Shown: one piece after another, positions 1 to 9,725 of the stretch
How positions within the stretch are numbered: position 1 is the stretch's first letter
Layout of the letters: every line of letters begins with the position of its first letter
NCBI GenBank assembly: GCA_017453205.1
Contig: JAFTKO010000043.1
Coordinates: forward strand, 3,454-67,453
Length of the DNA stretch: 64,000 nt
DNA from: Clostridia bacterium
GTDB lineage: Bacteria; Bacillota; Clostridia; Oscillospirales; CAG-272
Direction of reading: 5' to 3'
Made by a program: the position numbers and the translations under genes
The notes under the pieces: generated by a model
The model's input: only the letters and a program-made list of their open reading frames with translations
Told to the model about the DNA's origin: nothing
Databases searched by the model: none

Positions 1-1
1 T

Positions 2-1165
2 GAGGTGATTTCCAATAAGATTGAGCATCCCATCAACGCCGGCAACAAAAAGATTTTGATATTTACCGCTTTCTCCGATACCGCAAATTATCTCTATGAA
101 AACGTATCTGCATTTGTGAAAAATAAATATGGATTGAATACAGCGCAGATTACAGGAACGGTTGACGGCAAAACAACCATCCCGCGCTTCTCGGCAACGC
201 TTAATAACGTGCTGACCTATTTCTCCCCTATATCAAAGGACAAGCAGGTGCTGATGCCCAATAATAACGATAGCATTGATGTGCTGATCGCTACCGACTG
301 TATTTCCGAAGGTCAAAATCTGCAGGACTGCGATTACTGTATCAACTACGATATCCATTGGAATCCCGTTCGTATCATTCAGCGCTTTGGTCGAATCGAC
401 CGTATCGGATCAAAGAATGCTCATATTCAGCTTGTGAACTTCTGGCCAAATGTAACGCTTGACGATTACATCAATCTCAAGAGCCGCGTTGAGACTCGAA
501 TGAAGATTACGGTAATGACTTCTACGGGTGATGATGATCTCATCAATGCAGAGGAAAAGGGCGACCTTGAATACCGTAAAGCACAACTAAAACGACTTCA
601 GGAAGAGGTCGTAGATATTGAGGAAATGTCCAGCGGTATTTCTATTATGGACCTGGGGCTTAACGAATTTCGCCTTGATCTTCTGTCTTATACAAAGAAC
701 CACGGCGATCTTGACCACGTTCCATTCGGCATGAACGCAGTCGTTCCCGCAAGTGAGGATATGCCCGCAGGCGTGATATTCGTTCTAAAAAACCGCACCA
801 ATGCCGTCAATATCGGACATCAGAATCGCCTGCATCCGTTCTATATGGTGTATGTGGCAGAGGACGGTTCGGTGATTTGCGACCATCTTTCTCCCAAAGA
901 ACTGCTCGATAAAATGCGCTATCTTTGTAAGGACAAGACCTCGCCCTACGCCGAACTTTGCGCTGCGTTTAACCGTGAGACACGTGATGGCAAGGATATG
1001 AGAGTGTGCTCCAAGCTTCTTGGTGATGCGATACACTCTATCATTCACGTCAAGGAAGAAAGCGACATCAACAGTTTCCTCGGAGGTGAGCAGATCAGCT
1101 TTGCTGAGGGCGGCATTTCAGGGCTTGACGATTTTGAACTCATCTGTTTCTTAGTAGTAAAATAA
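2..1165 (+). CDS. SNF2-family helicase, C-terminal part (5' end outside window)
   Basis: The frame is open to the window edge. Helicase C-terminal motifs: KILIFTAFSDTANYL, IDVLIATDCISEGQNLQ, NYDIHWNPVRIIQRFGRIDRIGS (motif VI, QRxGRxxRxG type). Confidence 0.8.
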   Translation, partial: EVISNKIEHPINAGNKKILIFTAFSDTANYLYENVSAFVKNKYGLNTAQITGTVDGKTTIPRFSATLNNVLTYFSPISKDKQVLMPNNNDSIDVLIATDCISEGQNLQDCDYCINYDIHWNPVRIIQRFGRIDRIGSKNAHIQLVNFWPNVTLDDYINLKSRVETRMKITVMTSTGDDDLINAEEKGDLEYRKAQLKRLQEEVVDIEEMSSGISIMDLGLNEFRLDLLSYTKNHGDLDHVPFGMNAVVPASEDMPAGVIFVLKNRTNAVNIGHQNRLHPFYMVYVAEDGSVICDHLSPKELLDKMRYLCKDKTSPYAELCAAFNRETRDGKDMRVCSKLLGDAIHSIIHVKEESDINSFLGGEQISFAEGGISGLDDFELICFLVVK

Positions 1166-1175
1166 AGGAGTTGCT

Positions 1176-1481
1176 ATGACAAACGATACTATAATAACAA
1201 CAGTTTTAGAATATTTAAAGCAACGCCACCATCTTACCGATTTGGAAAAATCCATAATCGAAACCGCCAACGAGCTATCAAAGTATCCTTTTCAGCGTGA
1301 CAGTGCCGAGAAGAAGGTTGGAGAAAATTATTTGATGCATGGAGAACTGTTTGAAAATGAATTCAAGCATGCAAGTGTATTCGTCAAACCTCTTAATCAG
1401 TTGCCTGATGAAGATATTTTGGGAAATTTAAAGTTTCAGTTATTAAAAATGTGTGCAAAGGAACTGTCCAATCTACAATAA
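1176..1481 (+). CDS. Hypothetical 101-aa protein in the helicase/R-M operon
   Basis: ATG lies 7 nt after AAAGGAG and 10 nt after the helicase stop. No family recognised. Confidence 0.45.
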   Translation: MTNDTIITTVLEYLKQRHHLTDLEKSIIETANELSKYPFQRDSAEKKVGENYLMHGELFENEFKHASVFVKPLNQLPDEDILGNLKFQLLKMCAKELSNLQ

Positions 1482-1493
1482 GGAGGAATATCA

Positions 1494-2114
1494 GTGTTAG
1501 GTTTACCATCAAAAGCGAAAGTATCAAAAATGCTTCCCAAAAAAGCAATATACGAAAAATTCAATATGACCACAGCTCAAAAGGCAAAATTTGACGCTGA
1601 TATATCCCGTATCTCTATTGTTGGAGAGATTACACCGACAACTACGCAAATTGCGGCGGGAAAGGACATACAAGGCTTTTACATACTTCAAATCGTACTG
1701 AAGAACAAAAAGTACGACGAAAAGGCTATTGCGAGCCTCTCCAAACTGATACCTCAGCGTATGATTTTCCTTTTGCAGTATGAAAATCAGTATTGCCTTG
1801 CGTACTATCATAATCGCCTATACCACACGGAATGGGTGGAGCTTGATAGGCTTTTAGTGCCACTGTCGGGACTTGATCTTGACATTGTATGGGAAAACAC
1901 TATAAAACAGATTGTTTGCGGTGAAAATAGTGCTGCATGGGATGTCAATGCAACGATTGAGGAAAACATTGCTACGGAAACGCATCGGCGCAAATTGATA
2001 ACGGATATCGCATCGTTGGAAAAGAAGATACGTAGCGAGAAGCAACTAAATAGACAAATTCAGCTGAATGAAGAATTAAAACGCTTGAAAAAGGAGCTGG
2101 AGCAAATATCATGA
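1494..2114 (+). CDS. DUF4391-like protein
   Basis: GTG start after AAGGAGG. The N-terminal pattern LPKKAIYEKFNMT..QKAKFDADISRI, the size (~206 aa) and the position between an SNF2 helicase and a Mod-type methylase match my recollection of DUF4391 loci. Not verified by search. Confidence 0.5.
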   Translation: MLGLPSKAKVSKMLPKKAIYEKFNMTTAQKAKFDADISRISIVGEITPTTTQIAAGKDIQGFYILQIVLKNKKYDEKAIASLSKLIPQRMIFLLQYENQYCLAYYHNRLYHTEWVELDRLLVPLSGLDLDIVWENTIKQIVCGENSAAWDVNATIEENIATETHRRKLITDIASLEKKIRSEKQLNRQIQLNEELKRLKKELEQIS

Positions 2115-3268
2115 TTCAAGAATATCTTTTCATAAATAAGACAGAGAAAGAAAAAATCGAACAATATACTCCCGATGACATAAAAATTGAAATATATGAT
2201 ATTGATAATTCCGATTGCTGGATTGCAACATTTTCCTTGTCAAGCGAAAGTGAACCAAGCGCAAATACCTTATCGAAGGTTCACGAGTATATCATTGGAG
2301 AATTTCACCCCATTGTTTTGAGCAACGGTTGCTCTGCGTATTATAATAAAGCTCTTTTTCCCCATTTTAACGAATTCGAAAGAAAGCTGAGAAAATTGCT
2401 TTACCTAAAAAGTGCGCTGAGCAAGAATTCCAAAGATGCAGAGATCATAAAGGATTTGGAAAGCAAGGATTTCGGAGAAATATTTACTCTTTTGTTCTCG
2501 GATGCTCAGTTCGTACAAAATGCTAAGAAAACAATTGGCGATAAAACGTGGCAGTTTACCAAAGCTGAAATAGTTGCCGCGATAGAACAATTGTCCGAAC
2601 ATACTGTTTGGGATAACTTGATAGGAAAAGATGCGGTTCCACTGTTGCGTTCAGATTTTATTAAAGTTAAGAATTTTCGTAACGATGTAATGCATGCGCA
2701 TGCGATGAATGCCAAAAGTTATTCTTCTGCATTAAAGCTTATAAAAAAGATAAATGAGCAACTTGATACCGAAATTGGTAAAATTATTGTAGCCAAGGAG
2801 AATACGGTTCAACAAGAACCTGAACAGGATTTCAATACGGCTATGGGAGATGCTATAAAAGACATGGATTCTGTGCAGACCGCAAAAAGCTGGCAAGAAC
2901 AATTAGCAGAGCTGCAAGCTATGGCTTCTGGAATAAAGCCCCAGGGTATGATTGCGGCAATTGAAGAATACCGCCGTCTGACAAAATCGCCTGAAATAGT
3001 TGCTATGAGAGAATATCTTGTATCACCCGAATTTGCAGACATAACGAAACATGTTCAAGAAATATCAAAAATTCAATTGGATATTCCCCCAGTTGTTAAA
3101 GAGTTGCAGGAGCTTGCGGCATCAATGAAAGAATATAAAATCACTATTCCGCAGGAATTATTAGAATTGCAAAAATCTCTAAAAGATTTCAAACCGGATC
3201 CCGCATTAATTGAATTAGCCAAAAGCATGAAAGAAATAACAGGAGAAACAAAATCATGGAAAAAATGA
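2111..3268 (+). CDS. HEPN-domain protein (Swt1-like pattern) with a repeat-bearing helical C-terminal half
   Basis: ATGA overlap with the upstream stop. FERKLRKLLY helix plus an Rx4H motif, FRNDVMHAH (R at 2678-2680, H at 2693-2695). The C-terminus contains ELAASMKEY and ELAKSMKEI repeats. Confidence 0.5.
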   Translation: MIQEYLFINKTEKEKIEQYTPDDIKIEIYDIDNSDCWIATFSLSSESEPSANTLSKVHEYIIGEFHPIVLSNGCSAYYNKALFPHFNEFERKLRKLLYLKSALSKNSKDAEIIKDLESKDFGEIFTLLFSDAQFVQNAKKTIGDKTWQFTKAEIVAAIEQLSEHTVWDNLIGKDAVPLLRSDFIKVKNFRNDVMHAHAMNAKSYSSALKLIKKINEQLDTEIGKIIVAKENTVQQEPEQDFNTAMGDAIKDMDSVQTAKSWQEQLAELQAMASGIKPQGMIAAIEEYRRLTKSPEIVAMREYLVSPEFADITKHVQEISKIQLDIPPVVKELQELAASMKEYKITIPQELLELQKSLKDFKPDPALIELAKSMKEITGETKSWKK

Positions 3269-5256
3269 GAATGGAATCGGTAAATATGACCGAGCAGAAT
3301 ATAGAAAAGATCGGTGCGTTGTTCCCGAATTGTATCACGGAAACTGTAGATGAGAACGGGAAACTCAAGAAAGCAATCAATTTTGATATTCTCCGTCAGA
3401 TGCTGACCGAGGAAGCTATTGTGGGCGATGAAAAATATGAGTTTACATGGGTAGGTAAGAAAGCGGCAATTGTAGAAGCTAACAAGCCGATTCGTAAAAC
3501 TTTGCGCCCCTGTCCCGATGAAAGCAAAAATTGGGATTCGACCGAGAACCTATACATTGAGGGAGATAACCTTGAAGTGCTGAAGCTGTTGCAGGAAAGT
3601 TATCTTGGCAAGGTAAAGATGATCTATATTGATCCACCGTACAACACCGGAAATGATTTTGTATATAAAGACAACTATACAACGGACACCAATCAATACG
3701 CAGAACAAATCGGAGTTTTTAACGAGGATAACAATCGTTTGTTTCATAATACGGAAACCAATGGACGTTTTCATTCCGACTGGTGTAGTATGCTCTATGC
3801 CCGCCTACAACTTGCAAAGAATCTTTTAACTGATGATGGTGTTATTTTTATATCCATAGATGATAGTGAAATTCGAAATCTAAAGAATATTTGTGACGAG
3901 ATATTTGGAGGAGCGAACTTTATAGCTCAATTGATTTGGCAAAATAAAAAAGGCGGAGGCAATGATTCCACTCACATCGCAATTGAGCACGAATATATTT
4001 TGACTTATGCTAAAAACAAGGTCTTGTTAGGAGAGTTTTACGAATCCTATTCTGCAGAATATATAAAACGCTATAAAGAGGTTGATGATGTAGGTAGGTT
4101 TTATTGGGATACTTTTAAGCGTAAGGCTGGAAAACAATACTATCCGATTACATGTCCCGATGGAACTATCCTTGAATACGACGATGATGGCAACGCAATT
4201 AGTTGGCTAAGATCGAAAGAGCGATTTGATTCAGATATTAAAGCTGGGGAAATTAGAATCATTAAAGTAAACGACAAATGGTCGGTACAATTCAAGCAAC
4301 GAATTCCTTTAGGTAAAACCCCACGCAGTATTTTTACAACTAATACGGTTATTTCGGACAAAGGAACTACGAGTGCAGGAGCTAATGATGTATACGAATA
4401 CTTTAAGAAAGATGTCTTTTCCAATCCTAAGCCAGTTGCTTTGATTGAGTTTTTACTTGGCTTTGGGTTAGGCAAAGATGATATCGTATTGGACTTTTTT
4501 AGCGGATCGGGAACAACCGCTGAAGCGGTTATGCGTTCCAATCTTGATGGTAATCATAGAAAGTTTATCTTGGTTCAATTAGATGAAAACATCGATCCGA
4601 TGCTCAACAGTTCATCAGCAAATGCAAAGAGAGTGGCTGAGAATGCTGTGTCTGTTCTTGATCAGTTAAAACTACCACACACCATCCCTGAATTAGCCAA
4701 AATACGAATTAAAAGAGCTGGCGATAGCATAAAACAAAAATTGTTGGGAGAAGCTGCAATTAATCTGTTTGCAATAGACTTCAATCGTGATTTGGAACAA
4801 GAATTAAATCAAAGAACTGAATCAAAACTTGATTTGGCATCGGATTTAGACATCGGCTTCCGTGTGTTCAAGCTCGATGAATCCAACATGAATAGCGTAT
4901 ATTACAGTGCTGATGACTACTCCCAGGACATGCTCTCTATGTTGGAATCAAATATCAAGGACGACCGTACCGACCTCGATTTGCTGTTTGGTTGCTTACT
5001 TGAATGGGGATTGCCTCTTTCTCTGCCGTATAAATCCGAAAAAATTGAGGACTATACCGTTCACACCTATAATGACGGAGACCTGGTAGCATGCTTTGAG
5101 GAAAACATTCCCGAAACTGTCATTAAGGAGATCGCGAAGCGCAAACCTCTCCGCGCAGTCTTCCGCGACAGCAGCTTTGCCAATAGCCCTGCCAAGATCA
5201 ACGTAACAGAAATATTCAAGCTTCTTGCTCCCGATACAAGAGTGAAGGTGATCTGA
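3256..5256 (+). CDS. Site-specific DNA methyltransferase, Type III Mod-like (beta-class N6A/N4C)
   Basis: Motif IV, IYIDPPYNTGNDF, lies upstream of motif I, LDFFSGSGTTAEAV (beta-class order). GGAG sits 10 nt upstream of the ATG. The start overlaps the upstream gene; alternative in-frame ATGs run up to 3286. Confidence 0.85.
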   Translation: MEKMRMESVNMTEQNIEKIGALFPNCITETVDENGKLKKAINFDILRQMLTEEAIVGDEKYEFTWVGKKAAIVEANKPIRKTLRPCPDESKNWDSTENLYIEGDNLEVLKLLQESYLGKVKMIYIDPPYNTGNDFVYKDNYTTDTNQYAEQIGVFNEDNNRLFHNTETNGRFHSDWCSMLYARLQLAKNLLTDDGVIFISIDDSEIRNLKNICDEIFGGANFIAQLIWQNKKGGGNDSTHIAIEHEYILTYAKNKVLLGEFYESYSAEYIKRYKEVDDVGRFYWDTFKRKAGKQYYPITCPDGTILEYDDDGNAISWLRSKERFDSDIKAGEIRIIKVNDKWSVQFKQRIPLGKTPRSIFTTNTVISDKGTTSAGANDVYEYFKKDVFSNPKPVALIEFLLGFGLGKDDIVLDFFSGSGTTAEAVMRSNLDGNHRKFILVQLDENIDPMLNSSSANAKRVAENAVSVLDQLKLPHTIPELAKIRIKRAGDSIKQKLLGEAAINLFAIDFNRDLEQELNQRTESKLDLASDLDIGFRVFKLDESNMNSVYYSADDYSQDMLSMLESNIKDDRTDLDLLFGCLLEWGLPLSLPYKSEKIEDYTVHTYNDGDLVACFEENIPETVIKEIAKRKPLRAVFRDSSFANSPAKINVTEIFKLLAPDTRVKVI

Positions 5257-5822
5257 TGAAAAATCCATCATTAGCATATTTGGCGAAATCATTTTATAAT
5301 GCGTATATTGCCCTTGATCAGCTTGAACCGGATCAGGACGAATTGCTTTTGTATATCCCTAAATTGGTTAATGGAGCTTTTTCTGCTGAATTGATAATCA
5401 AGGCTATTTTAGTGGAACAAGATATACCTTATAATAACGAACATAATCTTAAAATTCTTTTTGAAAAACTTCCTATGGATTTTCAAAATAGAGTTTGGTA
5501 CTTTCTTGCTCAAAAAGCGCCGGAGTATGCAGATACGGAAAAGCGAGAAAACGAATTATTACTTATGTCAGATGCTTTTGTACAATGGAGATACTGTTAT
5601 GAAGGAAAGTTTGCACCTGCCTTCGATATACGATTTCTTTCGGCATTTACCAATGCACTTATTATTGTGATGTTCGAACTGGGATATAATGTGTTCTTTA
5701 CAAAATCAGAAATGGCACTTTCGCCAGAAGAATGTGCTGAGATTGATAAAAAAATTGAAAATAATCGCCGTGAATGTATGAAGAATAATGAAGCTAATAT
5801 AAAAAAGAAAAGCAGGAGGTGA
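5256..5822 (+). CDS. Small all-helical protein, possibly classical HEPN fold
   Basis: TGATG overlap with the mod stop. The pattern AELIIKAILVEQ..EHNLKILFEKL followed by FVQWRYCYE resembles PF05168-type HEPN (KALL..H.L..L ... RY). Weak, by eye only. Confidence 0.35.
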   Translation: MKNPSLAYLAKSFYNAYIALDQLEPDQDELLLYIPKLVNGAFSAELIIKAILVEQDIPYNNEHNLKILFEKLPMDFQNRVWYFLAQKAPEYADTEKRENELLLMSDAFVQWRYCYEGKFAPAFDIRFLSAFTNALIIVMFELGYNVFFTKSEMALSPEECAEIDKKIENNRRECMKNNEANIKKKSRR

Positions 5823-5827
5823 AAGAT

Positions 5828-8800
5828 ATGAAACTCCAATTTAAACATCAAAAATTCCAAGCTGACGCTGCCAAAGCGGTTGTAGATGTTTTTGCCGGAC
5901 AGCCCTATCTTACACCATCCTATATGATGGACAAAGGTAGCGTTTATCAGATGAAAACGACAGACGATGAAGATTTTACGGGCTGGCGCAATGAGCGTAT
6001 TGTGCCCGGACTTTCCGATGCCGTTATATTGGAGCATCTAAATAAAATACAACGTGCCAATCAAATTGCCCCCTCACTTCAGCTTGAAGGACGGTACAAT
6101 CTGACGATTGAGATGGAAACAGGCGTTGGCAAAACTTATACATACATCAAAACCATGTATGAGTTAAATAAGCATTACGGATGGAGCAAATTCATCGTGG
6201 TTGTTCCAAGCGTGGCAATCAGAGAGGGTGTTTACAAATCCTTTCAGGTAACGCAGGAGCATTTTGCGGAGGAATACGGTAAAAAAGTTCGCTTCTTTAT
6301 CTACAATTCTGCTCAGCTTACCGAGATTGACCGTTTTGCGTCTGACAACGGAATTAACGTTATGATCATCAATTCCCAAGCATTCAATGCTAAGGGCAAG
6401 GATGCGCGACGCATTTATATGAAGCTTGACGAATTCCGTTCCCGCCGTCCGATTGATATTATTGCAAAAACAAATCCTATTGTAATCATTGATGAGCCTC
6501 AGTCGGTAGAGGGAAAGCAAACCAAGGAGAGACTGAAGGAATTCAATCCTTTAATCACCTTGCGTTATTCGGCAACTCACAAATCCGACAGTATTTATAA
6601 TATGGTGTACCGTCTGGATGCAATGGAGGCGTACAACAAACGATTGGTAAAGAAGATTGCCGTAAAAGGAATTACCGAAACAGGAAGCACTGCAACCGAG
6701 GGATACGTATATCTTGAAAGCATCAATCTTTCAAAAGCAGATCCTACGGCAACCATTCAATTTGATGTCAAAGGTGCTTCGGGAATCAAGAAAAAGACGG
6801 CAACAGTCAATATCGGATATAATCTGTACGATCATTCAGGCAATCTTGATGAATACAAAAACAATTTTGTTGTTAAGGCAATTGACGGTCGTGACGATTC
6901 GGTGGAATTTCTTAATGGTATCAAAATTTACGCAGGCGATGTTATAGGCAAAGTAGCAGAGGATCAGTTACGCCGTATACAGATTCGAGAAACCATTCTA
7001 TCCCATATCGAGAGAGAAAGAAAGCTGTTCCACAAGGGGATCAAGGTGCTGTCTTTGTTCTTCATTGATGAAGTGCAAAAGTACAAGCAATATGATGAGG
7101 CAGGACAACCCTTTAATGGTATTTACGCTGATATGTTTGTTGAGGAATACAACGATATTCTCGGTAATATGCAGCTTCAGTTCGGTGACGATGATTATAT
7201 GCGTTATCTCAATGCGATTGATGCGAACGCTACACACGCCGGATACTTTTCTGTTGATAAAAAAGGACGTATGACCGATAGCAAATTCTCCGACAAAGCG
7301 GAAAAGACTTCAGATGATATTGATGCGTATGACCTAATCATGAAAAACAAGGAGTTGTTACTCGATCGTAATCCCAAGCGTTCACCGGTTCGCTTTATCT
7401 TCTCCCACTCTGCGTTAAGAGAAGGCTGGGATAATCCTAATGTATTCCAAATTTGCACGTTAAAGCAAAGTAGCAGCGAGGTGCGTAAGCGTCAGGAAGT
7501 CGGTCGCGGGTTGCGTCTTTGTGTCAATCAGGACGGAGAGCGTATGGATGCCAACGTGCTCGGAAACGATGTTCACAGCATCAATGTACTTACCGTTATT
7601 GCAAGTGAGAGCTACGACAAGTTTGCCAAAGGATTACAAGAGGAATTGGCAGATGCGGTGGCTAACCGTCCGCGCGCTGTTACCGTTGATTTGTTCAAGG
7701 GTAAGGTTATTAAGGATATCGACGGAAATGAAGTTGTTGTAGATGCAGACCTCGCTCAAGCTATTCACTATGAGATGATCATCAATGGCTATATCGACCG
7801 AAAAGGTAATCTTACGGATAAATATTACGAAGATAAGTCCAATTCGGAGATTAAGGTTGCGGAGGAGGTTGCCGATTGCACAGAATCAATCATTGATATC
7901 CTTGATTCTGTATATGACAGCAAGGCAATGCAGCCAGAAAATGCTCGAAGCAACAATGTGGAGTTACAGGTAAACAACGATAAGCTTCAAATGCAGGAAT
8001 TTAAAGCGCTATGGAAGCGTATCAATGCAAAATCCGTATACGTTGTGGATTTCGATACAGAGGAGCTGATTTCAAAAGCAATAGACAAATTGAATCTCAA
8101 GCTCAGAGTATCGAAGGTTTTCTTCAAAATCGAAAGCGGAGCAATGTCTGAAATAAAATCAAAAGAATCTTTACTGGAGGGATCGTCATTTACCAAAGAA
8201 AAATCCTCTATGTACAATCTTGAAAACACAATTCGCGCAAATCAAAGCGTTAAATACGATTTGGTTGGAAAGCTGGTAGAGGAAACAGGACTGACTCGCA
8301 AAGCGATCGTTGCTATTCTTCAAGGCATCGACAAAACTGTTTTTGATCAATTTAAGGACAATCCAGAAGATTTCATTATAAAAGCAGCTCAATTGATCAA
8401 TGACGAAAAGGCAACGGCAATTATTCAGCATATAACCTATAGTGTGATTGATGACTGCTATGATACGGATATCTTTACCGATGCTACAATCAAGGGTAAG
8501 CTTGGTGTAAATGCAATGAAAGCAAATAATCACCTGTACGATCATATCGTCTATGATTCTACTAATGAGCGCAATTTTGCAACAGAGCTTGATACAAATA
8601 CGGATGTTGCTGTATACGTTAAGCTTCCGAATAGCTTTTACATTACTACTCCGGTAGGCAAATATAACCCAGACTGGGCAATTGCCTTTTATGAGGGTAA
8701 GGTAAAGCACATCTATTTTGTAGCTGAAACCAAGGGTACAATGGATACAATGACATTTAACCACATTACTCCTGTTGAACAAGCAAAGATTGATTGTGCA

Positions 8801-8890
8801 AGAGAGCATTTTAAAGCTATTAGCGGTGATGATGTGGTGTATGATGTGGTCGATAGCTATCAAAGCCTGCTTGAAAAGGTTATGAAGTGA
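5828..8890 (+). CDS. Type III restriction enzyme Res subunit (helicase-nuclease)
   Basis: AGGAGG 8 nt upstream of the ATG. Walker A METGVGKTYT, motif II VIIDEPQSVEG, motif VI QEVGRGLRL. C-terminal PD-(D/E)xK-like YNPDWAIAF...YFVAETKG. Confidence 0.85.
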   Translation: MKLQFKHQKFQADAAKAVVDVFAGQPYLTPSYMMDKGSVYQMKTTDDEDFTGWRNERIVPGLSDAVILEHLNKIQRANQIAPSLQLEGRYNLTIEMETGVGKTYTYIKTMYELNKHYGWSKFIVVVPSVAIREGVYKSFQVTQEHFAEEYGKKVRFFIYNSAQLTEIDRFASDNGINVMIINSQAFNAKGKDARRIYMKLDEFRSRRPIDIIAKTNPIVIIDEPQSVEGKQTKERLKEFNPLITLRYSATHKSDSIYNMVYRLDAMEAYNKRLVKKIAVKGITETGSTATEGYVYLESINLSKADPTATIQFDVKGASGIKKKTATVNIGYNLYDHSGNLDEYKNNFVVKAIDGRDDSVEFLNGIKIYAGDVIGKVAEDQLRRIQIRETILSHIERERKLFHKGIKVLSLFFIDEVQKYKQYDEAGQPFNGIYADMFVEEYNDILGNMQLQFGDDDYMRYLNAIDANATHAGYFSVDKKGRMTDSKFSDKAEKTSDDIDAYDLIMKNKELLLDRNPKRSPVRFIFSHSALREGWDNPNVFQICTLKQSSSEVRKRQEVGRGLRLCVNQDGERMDANVLGNDVHSINVLTVIASESYDKFAKGLQEELADAVANRPRAVTVDLFKGKVIKDIDGNEVVVDADLAQAIHYEMIINGYIDRKGNLTDKYYEDKSNSEIKVAEEVADCTESIIDILDSVYDSKAMQPENARSNNVELQVNNDKLQMQEFKALWKRINAKSVYVVDFDTEELISKAIDKLNLKLRVSKVFFKIESGAMSEIKSKESLLEGSSFTKEKSSMYNLENTIRANQSVKYDLVGKLVEETGLTRKAIVAILQGIDKTVFDQFKDNPEDFIIKAAQLINDEKATAIIQHITYSVIDDCYDTDIFTDATIKGKLGVNAMKANNHLYDHIVYDSTNERNFATELDTNTDVAVYVKLPNSFYITTPVGKYNPDWAIAFYEGKVKHIYFVAETKGTMDTMTFNHITPVEQAKIDCAREHFKAISGDDVVYDVVDSYQSLLEKVMK

Positions 8891-8942
8891 TAAAACTATA
8901 ATTCTGAAATAATTGCAGTATAAACATACGGAGAAAAACAAT

Positions 8943-9725
8943 ATGAGTAACGATATAAATCAAGATCTTGCAAAGGAATTGGTTGCGCAGACCGCTGGTA
9001 AAACTTATGATGATATTGCGCATCCTACCGCTCACGCGACAGGGCAAATTATAAGTTTTATCCCAAGAACTATTAAGGTATGGCTTGGAAAGTGGGAAAA
9101 ATGGATTCTCAACGGTGAATATGCGATAAAAGAAACAGAGATACTTCTGGCAGAAAAGTTAAAACACATACCTGAAGAAAAAATCGTAGAGCCCGAGCCT
9201 TATGTTGCTGTGCCTGCATTGCAACAGTTGAGCTATAGTCTTGATAGTGAAGAGTTAAGAGAATTGTATGCAAATCTACTTGCTTCTTCGATGAATGCAG
9301 ACACAAAAGGAGATGTCCATCCCGCATTTGTGGATATTATTAAACAATTAGCTCCAGATGAAGCAAAATTGTTACGCTATTTTTCTGAACAAAAAGCTAT
9401 ACCTGCGGTAGAGGTTAGAAAACGGTCAGAAACTGGTACAGGTTTCAGAATTCTTGCAAAACTAAATTTTACAATGCCAGATGGATTGTTAGATGTTCCT
9501 CAAAATTATCTCGTGTATGTGGACAATTTAATTAGATTGCAACTTGTAGAAATTCCTGCAGATACACATTATTCCAACGAGTCTCTATATAAACCTCTTG
9601 AAAATCCAATTATCTATCTCGGTGCACCTACTGAACGATTAGTGTTTGAAAGGAAAATAGTTAAAATTTCTCCTTTTGGGAAGCTTTTTGTAAAAACATG
9701 CCAACCCAAACAAGAGGGAAAATAA
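8943..9725 (+). CDS. Abi-alpha / DUF4393-like abortive-infection protein
   Basis: GGAG upstream of the ATG. Pattern ...YDDIAHP..., VPALQQLSYSLDSEELRELYANLLASSMN, VHPAFVDIIKQLAPDEAKLL is typical of the Abi-alpha family as I recall it. Confidence 0.6.
   Translation: MSNDINQDLAKELVAQTAGKTYDDIAHPTAHATGQIISFIPRTIKVWLGKWEKWILNGEYAIKETEILLAEKLKHIPEEKIVEPEPYVAVPALQQLSYSLDSEELRELYANLLASSMNADTKGDVHPAFVDIIKQLAPDEAKLLRYFSEQKAIPAVEVRKRSETGTGFRILAKLNFTMPDGLLDVPQNYLVYVDNLIRLQLVEIPADTHYSNESLYKPLENPIIYLGAPTERLVFERKIVKISPFGKLFVKTCQPKQEGK

Noticed and set aside
3256-5256. Phase-variable simple-sequence repeat in the mod gene
   Set aside because: I looked for homopolymer or short tandem tracts of the kind that switch Type III mod genes and found only short A-runs (6 or fewer).
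1-8890. Classification of the helicase/methylase/Res locus as class 1 DISARM or BREX
   Set aside because: SNF2 helicase plus an adenine-methylase-like gene recalls DISARM drmD/drmMI. However, there is no DUF1998 (DrmB), no DrmA-type helicase, no PLD gene, and no PglZ/BrxC/BrxL. The 1023-aa protein has the classical Type III Res layout with a C-terminal PD-(D/E)xK.
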